Below are positions 63,762 through 64,000 of a stretch of 64,000 nucleotides of DNA, piece by piece (the stretch's first letter is position 1; each line of letters opens with the position of its first letter). The stretch lies in the NCBI GenBank assembly GCA_047967505.1, contig CM106538.1; one strand, written 5' to 3'. Both the position numbers and the translations under genes were made by a program. Source of the DNA: Dipteris shenzhenensis. Its lineage: Eukaryota. Under the pieces are notes generated by a model. It saw nothing but the letters and a program-made list of their open reading frames with translations. It was not told where the DNA came from and searched no databases.

Positions 63762-64000
63762 CTCCTTGATGATGCCATGCTTCACAACCGCCTCTTTTCC
63801 ATACTCATCACCCTCATCAGAATAAAGAATATTGTCCTCAATTATTGTGTATGGCCTTGTGATTTCTAACATGTGCTCAAATCCATCAAACCCATCATGT
63901 GAGCTGACAAATGACAAAAAACAGAAGGTCTCAGACAAACCCTTTTGTGCTTTATCCGATTCATGGATAACACCCACAAACCTTCTATGCCAAAATCGAG
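63762..64000 (-). pseudogene. Upstream part of the methyltransferase-like ORF (open to the window edge)
   Basis: RFWHRRFVGVIHESDKAQKGLSETF...KEAVVKHGIIKE; no stop before the copia C2 junction. Confidence 0.6.

Overview
Eukaryotic, land-plant-type DNA: spliceosomal introns, tRNA-iMet primer sites and a plant RPS9 fragment. The lineage cannot be fixed from the sequence alone. The window is a dense nest of transposable elements with no intact host gene. It holds four Ty1/copia families (A-D; about 8 copies or fragments, with LTRs, PBS and TSDs resolved for several), a Ty3/gypsy integrase region with an extra ORF, orphan LTRs and a young non-autonomous LTR element. The most unusual content is DNA-transposon associated. 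(i) A Mutator-type (DDE+SWIM) transposase at 28.2-31.3 kb lies divergent to a 5-exon ParB/Srx-like gene. (ii) At 51-64 kb, removing two nested insertions restores a DNA amino-methyltransferase-like ORF upstream of a spliced FCP1/SCP-like phosphatase-SET-domain fusion gene, flanked by arrays of a 24-bp palindromic motif. (iii) At 3-6.3 kb a RAG1/Transib-like transposase relic lies next to a divergent histone H3-like pseudogene. Together these suggest transposon-borne chromatin-modifying cargo (inference). One copia also carries captured RPS9 and protease-inhibitor fragments, antisense, in its leader. All domain calls were made by eye from motifs, not by database search.
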